Positions 10,055 through 23,107 of a stretch of DNA of 64,000 bases are shown here, one piece after another. Location: positions 137,558 through 201,557 of IMG/VR virus record IMGVR_UViG_3300021399_000102; one strand, given 5' to 3'. Source of the stretch: a virus (taxonomy: Duplodnaviria > Caudoviricetes). The position numbers and the translations under genes were made by a program. The stretch's first letter is position 1. Each line of letters starts with the position of its first letter. The notes under the pieces were generated by a model. It was not told the DNA's origin and ran no database searches. It saw only the letters and a list, made by a program, of their open reading frames with translations.

Positions 10055-11875
10055 TCAATCTTGCTCATATTGGTATTTGACTTTAATGAGCTTGAGACCC
10101 TTTGCAACGATTCTGTTGTTGGCAATCTCGCTTTGAGTGAGTTCAACTGGCTTCCATACCTTGTTCCTGATTTCAATTGACAAGGCATCGGAAATTTCTT
10201 CGGAATCTCCCTCCAACGCATCTTCAGTGAATGAACCAACTCCACCAGTATGGCTGATGAAGAAAGAATATCCATCTGGGTCGAGAACGGTATATCTCTC
10301 GGTATAGGGGAATGCCCCGCCATAGTCGAACACGCGCCATCCATCTGATTCAGAATCAATGGACTCGTCATATTCCTCGCCCGCATCTTCATCTTCTTCG
10401 TCTTGGTCGTAGATGCTTTGATATCCAGAATTCACTGCGTCAGCCAAGTCAGGAGCATTGAGTTCAATGTCAATGATTCCAGCATAGTATCCGGAGGTCT
10501 TGACATCAATATGGTCTGCCACAATCTTCTCCCTTGGAAGATCTATATGCATCCATCCATATCCATAGCTGAATGTGATGTCAAGTTCCTGATTCTCAAC
10601 CTCATTCCTCAAATCTTGCTCGGACTCCTCGTCGTCTTCCCATTGCTTGGAATAGACCACGGTCGCCACACCACCATCAATCTGGGCTGTTGGCGTATCG
10701 CCAAACTCATGGGCTTGCCAGAAGAAGTCGTTCTCATAATCCTCTGCACCAATCTCGTATTCACTAGGAAGGATTTCAACTTTGCATTCGTAATAGCCAT
10801 AGTATTTGTCCGGAACGAGCTTCTTGCTCAATATCTTCCCGAACTTCAAGCCCTTGATTGTCACGGTATAGCCAGCGCCAGCTCCTTCCTTCACAAGTTT
10901 CTTGGATTCTTCCATGTTGGAGTTGTCCAAATGTACTGTCTCTCCCACATCCAATTCCTTCAACTGCTTGGTTGGAATATCCTTGAGACCATATGTTTGA
11001 AGGAATGCATGAATATGCGTCAAAGTAGTTGTAGAGAGGTAGTCGTTGAGAAGCGAGAAGTCTTGTCCGTTTCCACCTTCACATCTTTCAATTCTGGCAA
11101 CCGGAGTGTCGTATGAAAGGAGCGTGAAACCATCTCCATCGTCCTCTACATACGCCTTGCGTCCAAATGAGGCGCGTCCATTTGTGGGTTCAAGTTCGCG
11201 TCTCATTCCCTCGTTATACCTCATTCCGAGTCCATCGTCTTCCACCAAACCTTCGTCTGTCCAAAGCAACCAATCCTTGACTCGCTTCTTGTCCCTTTCG
11301 CTGGCTTCGCTTGGATAGACATCATCAACACTATATCCAAAGTAGTCCTCAATCATTCCAGAGAGGTTCATTTCCCCATCACCTTCGTAGATATATGAAG
11401 GAACTTTGATGTATACACTCGTTGGCAAGCCTTCCGGTGGCTCATCACCTTCTACATCCCAAGCAACGGAAACACGAAGGAAGGTATATTCCTCGTCGTT
11501 TGCGATTCTGTCATTGAGTTTAGATTCTTTAATTTTTTTCATGATTTTGCTCTCTTTTTTGCAGTTGTTGCGATCAAGGACGAGTTCACCAATCCTTATC
11601 AGTTTGCCAAGATATGAATTCAATCCAGCAAGGGAAGTGCGTTTTCCAATTCCAATCGCGGTTTTCAGGTCTTCGTCTGCGCCAGGTATCCCATCATAGG
11701 AGTCCAGAATGTCCTTTGCCAGTATGTCCAAAATATTGGCGTTCTATGTGTTCCCGCCAAATTGCATCTGATATTCGTACCATTTGCGAACATTCTCTAT
11801 CGTCTAGTCGTTCAGTTGCATGCCTTCAAGTGGCATGTCTCGCAAGCTCTCGTTGAATCTTGATATTGTCTTCAT
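10055..11875 (-). CDS. large acidic late protein (606 aa), candidate head-internal protein; 2 in-frame TAG
   Basis: frame extends from 11731 through TAG 11744 and 11804 to ATG 11875, 8 nt after GTAAATA 11884-11890; repeated KIKES/KLVKE/FNES motifs. Confidence 0.75.
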
Positions 11876-11901
11876 GATGTTATTATTTACAATAAACACC
11901 A

Positions 11902-12897
11902 TCAAAACATCGCTGAGGCCTTTACGCCAATGACAGTTACATATATCTCAGACTTCGCGTTCTGAGACATGACATTGAGATTGAGGTGCATGAGGTTCAG
12001 CTTTGATATGACAATCTCAATGTCCTTTGCCTTGGAGGTTGCCACAAAGCTTCGGCAGGTGGTTGCCAATGAGTCCAAGATGGTCTTGTTGCAAAGGAAC
12101 ACGAAGTTCAGGGCAGTGCTGTTGATTGGGCAGATGTCCTTGTAGTTCTCTGCTGCGAACGTAATCTTGCCAAACTCCACACTCACCTTGTTTCCAATGT
12201 TGGACTTGACGAGCTTTTGGTTGTCAGAGATTGTGGCATAGAGGGTGTTTGTCAATGGGTCTTTGATTACGTCATCTTCAATCTTGGCTTGCTCTGGCGT
12301 CTGAACCTTGATGGAGCTTTCTGTGGTCTCTGACAAGGTGGACATGAGATCGTTGATTTCACTGAACTTGTTGGCATTGACCGTGGCAGTCATCAAGAAG
12401 TTTGAGTTCAAGTCCTCAAGGTTGGCCGTTTGATGGACGACATTGCCATATTTTGATGGAACCAGAACCTTCTCGATGTTTCCAAGTTGGCTTTCCATTA
12501 TGGCGTTCGTGGATAGCTGGAACTTGATGTTGTATTTGGGCGAGGCGATTCGGATATAGCTTGCTTTGTCGCAAACCATCAACTTCACCTTACCTGAACT
12601 GAACAACGTGCTGTCCTTGATGTCGTAGTATTTGCCAATGTTCTTCAACACCACTATGAGCTTCTTCACGTTTGGGATGAACAACGTGATGTTGTCAGGA
12701 CAGCCTTCTTGCTCTTCCTCAATGTGTATTGATGATGTGAACAAGTCAGACTTGCCAGTAGCCCACTTGTTGAACATCGTGGTTTCCTTCAACCCAATCG
12801 TGGCTTGGCAACATGAAGCTGCCAAAGTCGTGTCAAATGTCGTCAATGCGCCGAGCAGTTGCTCGAAATCCTCTACCTTCAACTTGAATTCTGCCAT
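11902..12897 (-). CDS. hypothetical protein, possibly sliding clamp (gp45-like)
   Basis: 331 aa ORF near replication genes; alternating helix/strand pattern only, no diagnostic motif. ORF is solid, product is a guess. Confidence 0.45.
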   Translation of the reverse strand: MAEFKLKVEDFEQLLGALTTFDTTLAASCCQATIGLKETTMFNKWATGKSDLFTSSIHIEEEQEGCPDNITLFIPNVKKLIVVLKNIGKYYDIKDSTLFSSGKVKLMVCDKASYIRIASPKYNIKFQLSTNAIMESQLGNIEKVLVPSKYGNVVHQTANLEDLNSNFLMTATVNANKFSEINDLMSTLSETTESSIKVQTPEQAKIEDDVIKDPLTNTLYATISDNQKLVKSNIGNKVSVEFGKITFAAENYKDICPINSTALNFVFLCNKTILDSLATTCRSFVATSKAKDIEIVISKLNLMHLNLNVMSQNAKSEIYVTVIGVKASAMF

Positions 12898-12916
12898 TGT
12901 CTATACGCCTTTCCAA

Positions 12917-13609
12917 TCAGTATGAAGCAACCAACCAAAGCCTGTCTTCGGTGTCCATCGTCTCCTTTACGACTTTCCGTATGTTCTCCTGGTAGTGCTT
13001 CACGTCGATAAAATCAACAAATGGATCATTCACCTTCAAGTCCTTCAGACAATCGCCCAAGATTCTATATCCAATCTTCTGGGAGAAGTAGCCAATCCAT
13101 TTCGCAATTCCAAACTCCAACACCTTGCCATTCCATTTTTCCCCCATTACCCAAACCCTATATGGATCAATCTCCCTGATGAAGTCCCCGCATGGCTTGA
13201 GTGGCCGATTGTCCCTTCTGCACTCCTTGAACAAGTCATAGAGATTCCAAGAGCAAGAGTCGAATATGGTTGTTCCAGGGAGCTTGTCGCAGTCGAAATT
13301 CAGGTGCGTGTTTCCATCTTCGTGGCCAGAGATTGAATCCACAATCCACCTCAAATAGACATTGAAGTCTGAATCGCGCATCCGGACGAGGCACTTCACG
13401 AGATCTTCTGACCCCGATACATTCTTGAGAATGTCATCCTTTGTCAGGGTTTGGCACTTGTCCTTGAGTTCCTTCCATTTCTCTGCCCTCTTCTCCTTCT
13501 CGTCCCCCAAATACCAGCAAAATCCACTTTCTATGGCTTCTCTCAATGCGTAGATTTCCTCAAGGTCTATGCTTTTGGGTGTGCGAACCACTGACATGTC
13601 AAGTCCCAT
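12917..13609 (-). CDS. hypothetical protein (MGLDM-start phage family)
   Basis: 230 aa ORF, AGGAG RBS, TG-TATAAT upstream. Confidence 0.75.
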   Translation of the reverse strand: MGLDMSVVRTPKSIDLEEIYALREAIESGFCWYLGDEKEKRAEKWKELKDKCQTLTKDDILKNVSGSEDLVKCLVRMRDSDFNVYLRWIVDSISGHEDGNTHLNFDCDKLPGTTIFDSCSWNLYDLFKECRRDNRPLKPCGDFIREIDPYRVWVMGEKWNGKVLEFGIAKWIGYFSQKIGYRILGDCLKDLKVNDPFVDFIDVKHYQENIRKVVKETMDTEDRLWLVASY

Positions 13610-13735
13610 TCTCGTCTCTCCTAATTTGTTGTCTATTCAATTATACACCATCTTGGTTGTTGAATTAAGCGTTTACTTCCATTCGTGGGAATGGTATAAT
13701 TGAGAAGAACTGCAAGAGGATTTCACAGACGACCT

Positions 13736-15259
13736 ATGGCGAATTACAATGGCAAATCAAATGACGTGTTCAAGGAAGAATTGTCGAGCAAGACCCTTGA
13801 ACTTATGTTGTTTCGGGAAATGATTGTCAATCAAGAGTTTCTTGGGAGACTTTCAGATGTGGTGGATTTCAGATGGTTTCGCACCCCACACATACGCTTG
13901 ATGGCAGAGTTTGCAGTTGGATACTTCAGAAAATATGGTGGATTGGTCTCAAGGGACTTGATTGAGTCCATGATTCAGAGAAGGAACGAGAATCAAGTCA
14001 TTGAAGCGAACAAGATTGACCTCAATGTTGCATTATACGACTTCAACAAGGCGAAGGAGCTTGACCTTGGCTCAATGGAGAAGTCAGCACAAATCTCCAA
14101 GATTCAGGAGTACGTGAAGCAAGAAGCAATGAGGAATGCCCTTCTGGATTCAGCAACAAGCCTTGAAAGCAAGGACACAGATGGGTTGATTGAGAATACC
14201 CTCAAGAAGTTCGACGACATTCAGAGGATTCTGTTCGAGGAAATAGATTTTGGCGTGGAGATGTCAGCAGAGGAAGTTGATGCATCGCTTGAAGACCACA
14301 TCGACTTTCTCACAAATCCCTCAGCGAGAATTCCCACTCTTTGGGGATGCCTTGATGATGTCACCCACGGTGGATTTTTCAAGGATGGAAAGTTCTTGGG
14401 GGTGTTCATGGCTCAGGCTGGCCTTGGAAAGTCCAACATCTTGGCGAATTTGGGCTACAACTTCTTGAAGCAGAACCTCAAGGTGGCAGTGATCTCGATG
14501 GAGATGAGCCAGAATGTGTATCTTCGCAGATTCGACTCGCTCATATCCAAGATTGACATCGACGAATTGGGGTTGTCCAGCATGGTTGGGCAGTTGAAGG
14601 AGAAGGTTGAGAGGTTCTACAAGTTCGACTATCCGGGTGCAAGGCTCAACATCAAGGAGTTTCCACCCAACAGCAAGTCGGCGAAGAACTTGGAGCAGTA
14701 TGTGGAGGAATTGGTGGTGGCGAAGGGATGGAAGCCAGACGTCCTCATCATAGACTACCTCAACCTGCTCAAGCCAAATGGTGGTTCGTCAAAGGGTGAT
14801 GCCTCACTATATGAAGATGGCAAGATTGTGTCAGAGCAACTTCGCGCATTGTCATATCATCTTGAGATTCCAGTTCTCACAGCAGTTCAGTGCAACTCCA
14901 GTGGCTTCAACACAGCAGACATTGGAATGCAGAACATCGCTGAATCCAGGGGCATTGCCCATACTGCCGACTTCATCGCTGGTCTATATCAAACCGAAGA
15001 CGAGCAAGTTCAAGGCGTGTTCCACATGAAGATATTGAAGTCCCGTCTTGGCGAGAGCAAGAACTTGAAGTTTGAGTTCGACAAGCACACGATGGAGTTC
15101 AGAGACATCAATGACGTTGTGGATACCAATGAAGCGAAGGAAATTGTCGCAAGTTCCACAAACTCAAACCTCATCAAGAAGTCACTTGGATTGCCAAAGT
15201 GTCAAGTTGATGACATTGAAGCAGACATATTGTTCAAGAACGACTTGGGGATGCCGTGA
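13736..15259 (+). CDS. replicative DNA helicase (T4 gp41 / DnaB-like)
   Basis: Walker A AQAGLGKS, ISMEMS, LIIDYLNL, TAVQ, IAESRGIAHTADF, ILKSR. ATG 13736 preferred over TTG 13700. Confidence 0.92.
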   Translation: MANYNGKSNDVFKEELSSKTLELMLFREMIVNQEFLGRLSDVVDFRWFRTPHIRLMAEFAVGYFRKYGGLVSRDLIESMIQRRNENQVIEANKIDLNVALYDFNKAKELDLGSMEKSAQISKIQEYVKQEAMRNALLDSATSLESKDTDGLIENTLKKFDDIQRILFEEIDFGVEMSAEEVDASLEDHIDFLTNPSARIPTLWGCLDDVTHGGFFKDGKFLGVFMAQAGLGKSNILANLGYNFLKQNLKVAVISMEMSQNVYLRRFDSLISKIDIDELGLSSMVGQLKEKVERFYKFDYPGARLNIKEFPPNSKSAKNLEQYVEELVVAKGWKPDVLIIDYLNLLKPNGGSSKGDASLYEDGKIVSEQLRALSYHLEIPVLTAVQCNSSGFNTADIGMQNIAESRGIAHTADFIAGLYQTEDEQVQGVFHMKILKSRLGESKNLKFEFDKHTMEFRDINDVVDTNEAKEIVASSTNSNLIKKSLGLPKCQVDDIEADILFKNDLGMP

Positions 15260-15291
15260 AGACATTGTTGGCGATGTCATTTTCCAACAAT

Positions 15292-16674
15292 TCAAGTATA
15301 AAAATTGGAAACAGCAAGTCTTCTGCAGGTCGGAACCAATATAGTGGACTGGACCCAGTTTATCCCATCGGTCGAATAGAGAGTTGGGTTGTTTGCGTCC
15401 CTGTATTGATGTACATTCGCGGCCTATGAACTTGAATTGATTACTGAACGAAGAGCTAACACAAACATGCTTCCAGTAAATATAAGATGTGCTCCAGAAG
15501 TCTGGACAGTAACCGTTGGCTACTGTGATGAATATTGCGTTTCTTTATCAAATGTCACTGTTGGCAGTTTCTTGACTTGTCTCCATCCAGAAAGTAGGTT
15601 TCCATTTGCTGTTTTTGTATAGATATAGTCCTATGCGACAAGAACATAAACGCCATTGCCTTCCACTATACGCACCCTGTAATGATAATCCCATTCAATT
15701 GGTATTGAGTTCCCATTGGTGTCAGTTGGGTATTGGTCATATACCCATGAAATGCCATCTGAACCGAGTGTTCCAATGCAAAAGCAAACGGTGTGGTAGT
15801 GCATAGAATCTATCGAAGCACCGGCACATACTATTTGGTTGTTTATTATTGTGCAACTGTTGTAATCGAAATTGGTAGCAGATAGACGATTAAGTGCGTT
15901 AGTGAAAGTCTATCCCCCATCAATGGAGAAGTCCAATTTCCCTCCACCACATGTATGCATGACCAAAAACACGTCTTTCATCTCGTTTGATACGGTTATG
16001 CGTCCGTAGCAACAATCTTCAAACACATCAGTAGTCATGTAGACATCTGTCCCAGCAGTGTTAAGTTTAGACCGTGTCCAATTTATTCCATCGGTGGAAT
16101 ACCATGGACCCACGTAGTCTCCTGCTGTTTCCCCTGGATAAACTGGATCGCACACAACTATGTATCTTGGTGAGTTTTCGTACAGTCCACCACAGCAAAA
16201 TACCATTTTCTACATTTTTGTATTGCCATCTATCCAATTTATTCCATCGGTGGAATATTGGGGTCTTGCGCTGGTTCCAGTAGTATACACAGTACGTATG
16301 AACTTTCCTTCGGGTCCAGACCAGCACACGCTTGATACTGGCAATATGCTTGCATCTTCACTATCTCTCCAATTGAAGTTTGTTTCAGTTGCGTCGCCAA
16401 CATATTGGGTTGCTCCCATCGTGCTGCTATCATATCCATTTATTCCTGTAGATAGACCGAATGCTCCAACAACAGTACTATACTATCTCCATATGGCATA
16501 TAATGTCGTGTCTCTTGGAAAACCGGCTTCTACATAATCGCCATCTTGGTATTGCACATTGATGGCGTTTTTATCTGTATTCCAACCCATGAAGTCGAAT
16601 CCTGGACGAACAAATGTATTTGCGTTCAGTTTTGTCTTCAAGTTTCTCAGTGTTCTTTGTGTTTGCTTCGCCAT
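15292..16674 (-). CDS. tail fiber / receptor-binding protein (460 aa): Listeria-Bacteroides repeat plus YSTDGINW (Asp-box-like) repeats; 6 in-frame TAG
   Basis: fragments 16483, 16210 and 15910 share one frame; TAG at 16483, 16210, 15910, 15631, 15520, 15424; TGA at 15292; three YSTDGINW repeats span the TAGs. Confidence 0.8.
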
Positions 16675-16688
16675 GTTGATATTTGTCC

Positions 16689-17594
16689 TTATGCTATCTT
16701 TATATCCAATTTAAGTATTTTCATAGTTACAACATCAAACTGGCTCTGTGTCAAGTTGTAGCCAGTTGGTCCTTTGTAGTACAACCGGATCACATTGTCT
16801 CCAGTGGTTTTACTTACCAATTTGCTGTTCAATCCTGTCGCCCCCAAAGCCTTGAATTCTTTGTATTGGGGAAAAGACGATGGATACTAAAGCTATACCA
16901 CATAGTTTGTATTTGGGCAAAACCTGATGCCAAACTAACTATATGTGTTACTATCTGCGTCATTGTTTATAACAATCCAATTGTTAGAAGTTTGGGTAAT
17001 TCCAAACATTCCACTGCTAACACCACTACTAATTGCTGTGAAGTAATTTCCACCTGTATTCAGGTTGTCGTTGATGAACTATGTTATTTGTTGTGGCGTT
17101 TGGTTTTCAATCGTAACAATCCCAGATTCCATTGTATTTGCATACACAAGTGGTACGATACGCAAGGTATAGGAATATGACGTAGTTGTAGGATTTATTT
17201 TTATGACAGATCCAGATCCACAATAAAACCCTACATCCGAAAATCGTGCCGGTACCGAAACAGAATCCACAATACAAGGTACACTAGTGGAGTCACCACC
17301 ATTAATATTTGTGCGATAATACCACACAAAGCAATCACACGGAATGGTAACCGATTGTTGCGAAAGTATTGAACCTACCGTAATCGTAGATCCCCAATCC
17401 GGGATATTTCCATTGTATATGTTCCCGCTTGTATTTCCTAAGTTAGATATTCCTATTTTGGATCTCAGACTTGCAATGGATACCTTCTTCGACCTATTTG
17501 TTCTTTCGCTTGTGTCTACGATGTATAGGATGTCATCGTCGGCGATGTCATTTTCCTGCAACTCGGTCATTTCACTTACTTTTATGTTTGACAT
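16689..17594 (-). CDS. virion fiber-associated protein (301 aa); 4 in-frame TAG
   Basis: N-terminus IKVSEMTEL..DDILYIVD..SKKVSI typical of fiber attachment domains; TAG at 17079, 16935, 16893, 16887; TAA at 16689 followed by the RBS of the next gene. Confidence 0.75.
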
Positions 17595-17610
17595 TATTTG
17601 TTTCCCCCTA

Positions 17611-20600
17611 TTATTCGACGATTATGTTATCGTTATTTTCTGCTATTATTGGAATGTCGTCCTCTGTGACAAGAAACTCATCCCCATCGTTTGAGTCGAA
17701 TGTCAATGTCACAGGATCTTCAATCCACTTTGCATACAACGTTTTGTCTTCTGCAAAATCGCAGATGTGTGCGTTTTCTCCAGACGATGTGTAGTATTGC
17801 ACTCCTCCTCCATTTGGGTAAGAGTAGTATCCACCAAAGATGTATCCTGTCCTCGTTGGTGGGGTTATGGTTGGCATTGCCTCACCATAGGTTGCTGTCA
17901 CGCCTGATGTTCCACCAGTCCCGTTTTGCCTATTGAATGTCACTGTACATTGAATGGCTTGCCATGTAGGAGTCATTGTAATGTCACCGAATGTATTGGC
18001 AGGAATGTACAATTTTTCGGGGTCAGTGCTGATCACATAAGGACTTGTACCACTATACCCAGAAAATGTCCAACCAGATATTCTATATCCTGTTCTTTCA
18101 GGCAATGTAATTGATATGTTGCTTTGCAAACTTGAAGATTTGTAGTAGTGGTTTGGTGTAGTGAAGCCAGAAGAACCACCATTTGGATTGACAGTTATTG
18201 TATATCCATTGCGCCACCAAGCATATAATGTATGGTTATTCGGTGTAGTTACCGTGGTACTTGAATCCACCAATGTCCCAGATGAAGTGTCAGACTGGGC
18301 TTCTGTATACCACCCACTAAACAAGGTATACTATACATTGGTTGTTGGTGTTGGCAATTCTCCATATGGAGAACCATATGTAACCAACTTGGATGTGGGG
18401 GATACCGAACCATGTCCTGGATTGAAGGTCACGGTATATTTGGGAGATTCCCAAACAGCATATAAATCAACTGTCGCTCCATCTGTTGAAGTAAGATTCT
18501 TCACACTTTGTCCATTGTTGTATTCTTTGTTTCCATCTCTGCTCTTTGCCCAACCTTGAAACGTGCTGCCTGTTTTGGAGAAACCATTTGGACTCAAGCT
18601 CTATTCAATGCCATATGTGAAGTTCTATGGATCCATAGTCCCGGTTCCACCATTCGGGTTGAATCTCACCGAATAGGTGTTTGGTTTCCATTGTGCTGCA
18701 ATTGTTACCTATCCATCATTCAATTCTGTCAAGTTATTGAAACTCACTGCACCACTTGGACTTCCATTTGCGCATAGCATTGACGAAGATGTTATGATAT
18801 TATTGCACGATGATATGGATGTTCCATATTTTGCGGTAGTTGTATTCAATCCACTTTCCACACACCAACCCTTGAACTGGTATCCTGTTCTGACCAAGGC
18901 GTCAACAAGAAATGCGTTGTCAAATGTTGCAGATATGTCAGAGAGAGTCCCACCATATCCATTGCTTATATGCACAAAATATGTGTTCGCCTCCCAATTT
19001 GCGATTATCTCCATATCCTCTTCTGGGGCAATATCAGAGGAAACAACTTTCCTTTCCAACGTCTCATCATCAGTATACCAACCAGAGAATTGATATCCTT
19101 GTCTCACAGGAATTGGGAAATCTCCAGATGGGGTGTTTCTTTCGTAACTAAACGCCTGCCCTGTCCAACAACTCCTTGTCTATGGAACATCATCCTCAAA
19201 GTAGCCCAAGTTCGTATTGAAGGTAAGTGTCATCTTTCCATCCTTCCAATGGGCATAAAGCGTGTGGTTGCTTGGAGTTGTCACTATTGTGCTTGACTTT
19301 ACTTCAGAACCTCCTCCCTCACGTGTGAACCATCCAATAAAGGCATAATCGTCGTGAGTTGGCGTTGGCAATGTTCCATATTCCTGTCCATATGTCACTG
19401 ACTTTGTTTGATGCTCAACATTCCCCTCTGTTGGGTCAAATGTCACGACGTAATTGTTGGCAGTCCAATGGGCATACAATGTTGTTGGTGCTGATGGTTG
19501 ATATTCCTGTCCAGAACCATCTATCTCGATTCCATCATTGTTCGGGGAAGTCCACCATTTGGTGAATGTATATCCTGTCCTGTTGGCGTTTGGCAAATAT
19601 ATATTGCCCCAATTTCCCCATTTGGCATACAATGTTATGCTGGTTTCTGTTGTCAAGTTCTTGACATTCTATTGGTTGTTGTAGATCTTGTCCCCGGCGG
19701 CGCTCGTCGCCCAACCCAAGAATTCCCTATATGAAGTCAAACTGGATTCTGTTGGATATCCACCGTTTCCGTTGAAGCTTACCACCAAAGAGTTAGAGAA
19801 CTCGTTCTATCTCAACTTCTGATATACATCGTATGTGAATGTCTGATCTTCCATCGTACCAGTTCCACCGTTGGCATTGAACTTCACGATGTATATTCTG
19901 ATATCCCAATTCGCCACATAGGACTTGTTTCCTGTTGAACCTGTTGGAATGGATACTTCGGTTTGTGGCGTATTGCCATTGCTTCCTGTCCATCCAACGA
20001 ATTGACGGCCAACATATTCTGGCGTAAGCAAGTCATACTTGTTTGACTCTATATTATAACTTGCTCTTGGTGTTTGACCAGAACTCCAACTTCCACCATT
20101 GAGGTTGTATGATATGGTATAGTTGGTCAAGTTCCAATGTGCGTAACATTCAAAGCTATGCTCCACTGTCAAGTCACTTGTTATTTGTTCTCCATCTTCT
20201 GACCACCAATGGTCTTGGCTATATCCTGTTCGGTTTGCTATTGGAAGCGTACCAACTTTAGAGCCATATTCCCTCTCTGAGGTAAATGTCTCGCATCCAG
20301 GATAGTTTGGATTCCAAGTGATTGTGTATGTATCGGCTATCCACTGCTCATACAAGTTCAAGTCGTTATATACCTTCTTTGTTGCAAATACTTGATCACC
20401 ATCTGTCCTTGCAGTAAACCATCCCTTGAATGTATATCCCTATCTTGTTGGGTTTGGTGGAAGTTCCCCAAGTCTTGCACCCTGTCGTATTTTTGGGTGG
20501 CGTCCAGATTCACCATCCCATATTATGTATGGGGCCGTTTCGTTTTCTTTATAGAATCTAATGATATATTCAGGAACTTCTGGCTTGTTCCAATGGGCAT

Positions 20601-23088
20601 AATATGTTACGTTGTCGTTTATTACCTTCCACGATTCGTCAATCTTGCTTCCCTGATTTGGTCTATGGTCTGTATACCATCCATCAAATCCAGTAACCAT
20701 TTCTGGAAGTTCATCCGGAATTGGAAGAAAGCCAATCTCATCTCCATGATTGTATGTCCTCTTGAAAATCGTGTCTGAACCCCCAAGACCACAATTTGTG
20801 GATGCGCAGTTGTATTTTGCAGTATGTTCATTGACATTGAATGTCACTGTATGCTTGATTGTCTGCCATTGTGCGGTATAGTAGGAATTTCCCTACACAA
20901 TGTCGTTTCTTACATCAGTGTGGTTCTTTATGCTTCCATCCGGACATTTCCATCCAATTAATTCATATCCTGTTCTCTCTGGTTTCACGGGAGGAAATGG
21001 ATATTCACCAATAGTTTCGCCAATAGTCTTTTCACCCGCCCAGTTTCCATATGGGTCATGTCCAGCTGGCTTGAACATACCTCCATTTCCCAAGAAGTAC
21101 ACTTTGCACTTGTTGTCCTTCGGCTCACCTGTTATCTCGCGTTCTGCGTCAGTAAGTTCAGTGCACTCCCAAATATATACCTTCATGTAGGGGGGCAAGT
21201 TGTCGTGGGGCAACGTGATTTCATTTTCCTTTTTGCTTGGATATTCAAGAGGGCTTATTTGATAGTTCCTGTTTGTGTTCTCGATTTTAACAGAGTTTCT
21301 TGTGTCACTGCTTGCCAAGGCTGTATTGACGATTTTCGCGTCGCCTCCCTTGTTCTTTGCCATCCACTCCTGCTCTCGTGTCGTTATTTGACTTTCGTTT
21401 GATGGTAGAGTTTCTGAATGGGAATGGATAGGTATGTTGGATTCCCTCAATTCCACATATTCCTCGCCAAGCTTCTTACCTGGGATGTCTATAGTAATAT
21501 CATATTCCTTTACATGTGATTCATCCCATGCTCCTGGACTATGATGTTGTATGAATACATAAACAACATTATTATATCTTACCAAGTCCCCAATCTAATA
21601 TTCGTTTGATGTGTTAAATATGGATATTGTTGAAATGTCCATATTGACTCCCCTCAAGAAGTTCTCTATTCTGCGCCAAGATTTTCCACCATAGTTTGCT
21701 ATGACCTTTTGCTCTGTGTCGTCGGTGTATGATATTATGATTCGTCCAATGTAGTTCAATGGTGGAACTGACTTGCAAAGTTGTTCAGCAATTTCAATCT
21801 TCTCTTCTATGGCATCCAAACGCTTGGAAGCTTGGTTGTACCATTGCATGAATTCAGATACTGGCATGAGAAGACCATCAAGAAGCTTCATCAACAATTC
21901 ATTCATCGAGCCATCTTTGGTGGAAAGTTCCTTGTTGGTCTTGTCTGAGAATATGTCAAGGAGCATTTGCAGTCCCTGACGCCACAGTTGGATTTGTTGC
22001 TTTCCATCATAGGCTATTCTCAATATGCAGTCATGTGGAGTAAGATTCTCTTCAATGTAGTCCGGAAGCTCGCACACCATTGCTGAATCGTATCTGGATT
22101 CTGCTGCGCTATTTTGCCTTTTTCCGTCTTCGGCTTGTCCATCTCGGATTTCGGCGATTCGCTTGACGATTTCTTCGTATGTTTCAGTAGATTCAGTAAA
22201 TCCTCTTATGGTTGGTTGATTTGCATCCCAATATCTGACGTATATGTTCAAGGAAGGTGGGACATTGTTGTGTTCTTTCTTTGGATTTCTCCAATCCAAT
22301 ATGTTCTGTCCCCAAAGTGGATATGTCAATGCTTCATTTGTGGCGTGTTCCAAAGGGGTTGCCTTGCCTCCAATAGATGGTCCGTATTTTGTACCCTATG
22401 CCACCAACTCCTTGCTTCCAATCGTGAAGTCTCCAATCAATTGTCCACCACCAAACTTGTCAGAAAGAGGACCAGTGAGGGTTTCCGCCATTGTGTCCGG
22501 GTGTTTATGCTGCAATGGGAGACTGCCAATTGAAACGTCGTCTAAACCACCAATTGTGGCTTTGTTGGAATCCGTGGTCTTACACCATATTTGACCAAGT
22601 GAATAGGACATATTTCTGTAAATCGGGCCAAATATGCTATCGTCAGAAGGATTCAATTTCCAAGTAAGTTTCCTTGTGTTGTTGGATTGAAGTTCAACTG
22701 CTCCAGCATAATCCAGAACACCCTTGCGCCTCAATCCCAATATGATGTCGTCTAAGCCATCTTCAAGATTCTTCAATTTCTCATCAAAGCCATTCATGAA
22801 CGTTCTGGCTTCACTGCTCCTGACATAGTTCTTGAACTTCTTAGCTATATCAGTTTCATCAACCCCTGATGGACTTATCTTTGGTGGGTTCTGACTATAA
22901 TCCAACAATTCACCAAATATGGACTCTTTCAACTTCGTGAACAAATCACTCTATTTCAGAGCCATATATCCTCTGGTTGATGTTGATGTTGGGAAGAACA
23001 AGAAGCAATCGTTGTCATTGTCTGACAACGTGAGTTCATGCACCGAAATTGGATTGATTCTGAGGTACTCTCTGACGTCAATGTTCAT
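17611..23088 (-). CDS. giant baseplate/fiber adhesin (1825 aa) with many Listeria-Bacteroides (Flg_new / InlB B-like) repeats; 12 in-frame TAG
   Basis: nine track ORFs in one frame joined only by TAG (22951, 22396, 21595, 20893, 20440, 19807, 19669, 19180, 18709, 18625, 18601, 18331); ATG 23088 is 9 nt after GTAAATA; repeats VTFNxNGG..PTRxGYxFxGW..LYAxW; collar-like PHDNLPPYMKVYIW. Confidence 0.88.
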
Positions 23089-23097
23089 GGTAAATGA

Positions 23098-23104
23098 TAT
23101 TTAC
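23098..23104 (-). promoter_or_regulatory. late promoter motif GTAAATA (T4 TATAAATA-like)
   Basis: same heptamer at 5928+, 7338-, 9742-, 9767+, 11884-, 28869-, 30520-, 30553+, 46312-, 55130-, 57607-, 59632-, 61955-, in each case just upstream of an ORF start. Confidence 0.8.
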
Positions 23105-23107
23105 CAT

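Noticed and set aside
16074-16260. Direct repeat TCCAATTTATTCCATCGGTGGAATA as a possible CRISPR or DGR repeat
   Set aside because: It encodes the YSTDGINW protein repeat. There is no regular spacer array and no reverse transcriptase or cas gene in the window.
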